A DNA stretch of 64,000 nt, from assembly GCF_004010195.1 (NCBI RefSeq), contig NC_057718.1:79998555-80062554 (forward strand). The letters are read 5' to 3'. The DNA is from Chiloscyllium plagiosum. Taxonomy: Eukaryota. The notes under the pieces are model-generated. The model worked only from the letters and a program-made list of their open reading frames with translations. It did not search any database and had not been told where the DNA came from. Positions within the stretch are counted from its first letter, which is position 1, and each line of letters opens with the position of its first letter. Shown here one piece after another: positions 60,771 to 64,000 of the stretch. A program made the position numbers and the translations under genes.

Positions 60771-61258
60771 GTAGCATTTGTCTAACCAATATCAATTAAT
60801 CTTCAATTTAAAATAAAATTTTGACCTCGGAGCAATTACCATTACCAATGATCCTTCTTCAGAACTCAGCATCTACGAAAAACTGATATTTGACTTTCTT
60901 TCCTCTCTCTCTGGGCTCTGTCTCTAATGATGTGCTCACTCCTTTTTCCACCACCCTCTGTCATCAAGCAAAATGCCTTTTTTTTCAATGCTGTCAGTTC
61001 TGAAGATGGGTCACTGGACCCAAAAACTTAACTGTTTTCTGTCCACAATGCTGCCAGATCTGCTTACTTTCTCCAGAAATTTCTGTTTTTGTTTAAAAAT
61101 AAACTGTCTGAAATATTAATAAAAATCAGAGATTGGTATAACACTGTCTGTTGATGTTTCATGACTGATTTCACAATCTTTAATTACCAGAGTTGGGTTA
61201 CCTGACATTTCAGTTTTCTTGAGAGCTCCAACTGGTTGTACACTGCATGAAGTGTAGC

Positions 61259-61295
61259 ATGCCTGATGAAGGGCGAATGCCTGAAATGTCGACTC
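61259..61295 (+). ncRNA. Minimal hammerhead motif, core intact, with wobble pairs
   Basis: C-CUGAUGA-A-GGGC-GAAU-GCCU-GAAAU-GUC-GAC. Confidence 0.55.
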
Positions 61296-61696
61296 TTCTG
61301 TTCCTTGGATGCTGCCTGACATGTTGTGCTTTTCCAGCGCCACACTTTTTGCCACTATATGCTTTTGCTTTATAAGCTTAGGTTTTCCTTCTCCTGAACC
61401 TTCTTCCTTATTTAATTTAAAGCCTTCTTAATACACCTAATTATTGATTCACCAGGATACAACCAGTGTGGTTCAAATGAAGCCTGTTCCACCAGAATAG
61501 CATCCTTCTATCCTCAGTATTGATGCCAGTGTCCATGGCCTGAACCTCACTCCTCCCACACAATCTTTGAGCCATCCATTAATTATTTGACTTTGGTTAT
61601 TCCATGCCATTTGTCCATGGTTTAAGTAGTAAATTTGAGAGTTTCTGCTTTTTCAGTTTAGCTTGTAACTGTTCAAAATATTTTAGCAAAATCAAT

Positions 61697-62059
61697 TTTT
61701 TTAAATTGATTCATGGGATGAGGGTGTCATTGGTAAGGCCAGCATTTAGTGCCCACTCCTAAGTGCTCAGAGGGCAGTTAAGAGTGAACCACATTGCTGT
61801 GGGTCTGGAGTCACATAGAGATCAGACCAGGTAAAGATGGCAGTTTCCTTCCCTAAAGGACTTTAATGAATCAGATGGGCTTTTCTGACAATCAGTAATG
61901 GATACATGGTCACCATTAGATTCTTAATTCTACATTTTTTTTCATGCAATTCAAACTTCACCATCTGCCATGACAGGGTTTGAACATGGATCCCTAAAAT
62001 ATTATCTCAGTCTCTGGAATAACAGTCCAGTGATAATACCACTAGGCCACCACCTCCCC
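61697..62059 (-). mobile_element. tRNA-derived SINE with LINE-like tail (third SINE family)
   Basis: Minus-strand head GGGAGGTGGTGGCCTAGTGGT (A box) and GTTCAAACCC (B box); related pieces at about 37465-37640(+) and 38360-38520(-). Confidence 0.75.
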
Positions 62060-62585
62060 ATAATAGTGTTGGTACTAATGATGATAATTAGTTGGCTCTT
62101 GCCCCACTCCAGGTTCCACCTCAGGTCTGAAGAGATGTTCTTAATCATGGAACCAGGCAGACAACATAAGACTTTGGGACTCAGAAAGCAGGATCTATAT
62201 CCCCAGTTATATTGCCCCACACCAGAATAAAATTCCTATTTCCTTCCTGAACATGTACGGATCCCTATACCACAATGTCATGGTCAGTTTCCTCATCTTC
62301 CCTCTCATCCACACAGCCTGTGAGAACATCATAACTGTTGGACAACTGCAGAGACTGAAGCTCCTCAAGCGCTATTCCTAGGGCCTCTATACTGGCCTCA
62401 CTTGGAGTCATACCCACCTGTCTTTAATGATTAGATCACTTAAATTGCTTACAATGAAGGGTGTGACCACTATTTTAATAAGAAATTTTCTCATTGATAA
62501 AAATGTATTCACTACATTTAGCTTAATTCATACCCACACATAAACAAACCCTGGAATTCATTGCCCCACTTCATGGAGCGTAAAG

Positions 62586-63055
62586 CCAGTTGGAGCTCTC
62601 AAGAAAACTGAAATGTCAGGTAACCCAACTCTGGTAATTAAAGGTTGTGAAATCAGTCATGAAACATGCAGGTCTTAAGTCAACAGACAGTGTTATACCA
62701 ATTCTGACTTTTATTAACATTTCAGACAGTTTATTTTTAAACAAAAACAGAAATTTCTGGAGGAAGTAAGCAGATCTGGCAGCATTTGTGGACAGAAAAC
62801 AGAGTTAAGTTTTTGGGTCCAGTGACCCATCTTCAGAATTGTGACAGAATTGAAAAAAAATTTTTATCTTGATGACAGGGGGTGGTGGAAAAAGGAGTGA
62901 GCACATCGATGGAGACAGAGCCCAGAGACAGAGTGAGGAAAGAAAGTCAAATACTAGTTTTTCGTAGATGCTGAGTTCTGAAGAAGGATCACTGGTAATG
63001 GTAATTGCTGCTAGGTTAAAATTTTATTCTAAATTGAAGATTAATTGATCTTGGT
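62586..63055 (+). repeat. Source arm of a ~470-bp inverted duplication (partner 60785-61235); includes family 3 PLE-tail pieces
   Basis: Aligns in reverse complement throughout (roughly 90% identity by eye, with one indel of about 12 bp). Confidence 0.95.
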
Positions 63056-63124
63056 CAACTAGACATATTAAAGGACAAATGGAAAAGACAGAGATATAGT
63101 AATACGGGTTCAACCACAAATCAG

Positions 63125-63300
63125 GTCAGGCAGCATCCAAGGAACAGGAGAATCGATGTTTCGGGCATAAGCCCTTCCTTAGGAGGCTTATGCCCGAAAC
63201 GTCGATTCTCCTGTTCCTTGGATGCTGCCTGACCTGCTGCGCTTTTCCAGCAACACATTTTCAGCTCTGATCTCCAGCATCTGCAGTCCTCACTTTCTCC
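63125..63300. mobile_element. Young fold-back mini-PLE (family 1), 15-bp TSD, inserted in a CR1 tail
   Basis: TCAACCACAAATCAG at 63110-63124 and 63301-63315; arms meet at stem II of the HHR, and CTGANGA is lost. Confidence 0.95.
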
Positions 63301-64000
63301 TCAACCACAAATCAGCCAGGATTTCATTTAATGGTGGAATATGCTTTAAGACCAAAATGACCGTATCCTGTTCCTGAGGTGATTGGGGCTTATAGCTGTG
63401 CTTTTACAATCTGGCATTTCCATGTTGCCTTGCTTCTCCGGAAGTAGCCCTAACTGGCATTCAACGATTATCTCACGACAACTGACAACTTCTTGGAGAT
63501 TTTGTATTCAATCTTTTGTGGCACCCATTGATGTAAATCATCCAGCCACATGGATTTACATAATTTTAACTCTTTTTACTTTTATTCGAGCCTGAGAATT
63601 TTATGCAATCACACCAGAGTCACTAGCTGACATACAAATCTTTCTATTAGGCTGCATGCTAATATAATAACTATTTTCTGAACTAATCAGGCAGCGAGTT
63701 AACTTTTTTTAGTTCATCAACAATTTTCATTCTGTATTCTTAAGGGACTCTTCTTTCTTGACAATATTCCTGTTGTCATATGCTGGAAGAATTTCTTGCT
63801 GTAACATTTAGTATGTAGGTCTATGTTCATTTCTAGATCTCCATTTGCATTAATGACTGCCACTTCTTATTTTTTTTGTAAGTTTAAATTCTGTCATGCT
63901 GGAGGGAATTAAATATGTAACCATCACAAATGCCTACATAGTATGAAGAAGCAAACTGTGTGATGTGAGTTGATGGAATTTAAGTAAAAGCTGCCTTAAA

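Larger units (their letters stand above)
60641..61351. mobile_element. Fold-back mini-PLE with about 450 bp of captured genomic DNA between its arms
   Basis: Minus arm 60641-60770, plus arm 61259-61351; diverged TSD CCAYTRYATGCTTTTG at 60625-60640 and 61352-61367. Confidence 0.88.
57565..62480 (-). mobile_element. Old near full-length CR1 carrying several nested insertions
   Basis: 3' UTR near 57565, LYKALVRPHLEY, KCKVMHFG, APE remnants to about 60500, ORF1 esterase VLCCLPGSMIKNISS...IIISTN near 62075-62190. Confidence 0.8.

Overview
Eukaryotic (cartilaginous fish) genomic DNA. HE1-type SINEs and HER1/CR1 LINEs point to a shark or ray, but the species cannot be fixed from sequence alone. The window lies inside the giant parkin (prkn/PARK2) gene on the minus strand. 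The only host coding sequence I found is a 119-bp exon at 25163-25281, orthologous to human exon 4 (RING0 zinc ligands), which the ORF track reads in the wrong frame. The rest is intron packed with decayed elements: CR1/HER1, L2 and RTE LINEs, Penelope-like elements (PLEs), HE1 and Deu-type SINEs, and Harbinger and Gypsy remnants, plus three assembly gaps. Two hidden patterns stand out. (1) About 15 minimal hammerhead-ribozyme motifs from three PLE-derived families, many in short fold-back insertions with 12-16 bp TSDs that turn around at the ribozyme. (2) Four retroelement insertions carry, at their 5' junction, an inverted copy of 96-470 bp of nearby 5'-flanking DNA, always with the same polarity. 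Family names come from recognising motifs by eye, not from database searches, and TE boundaries are approximate.
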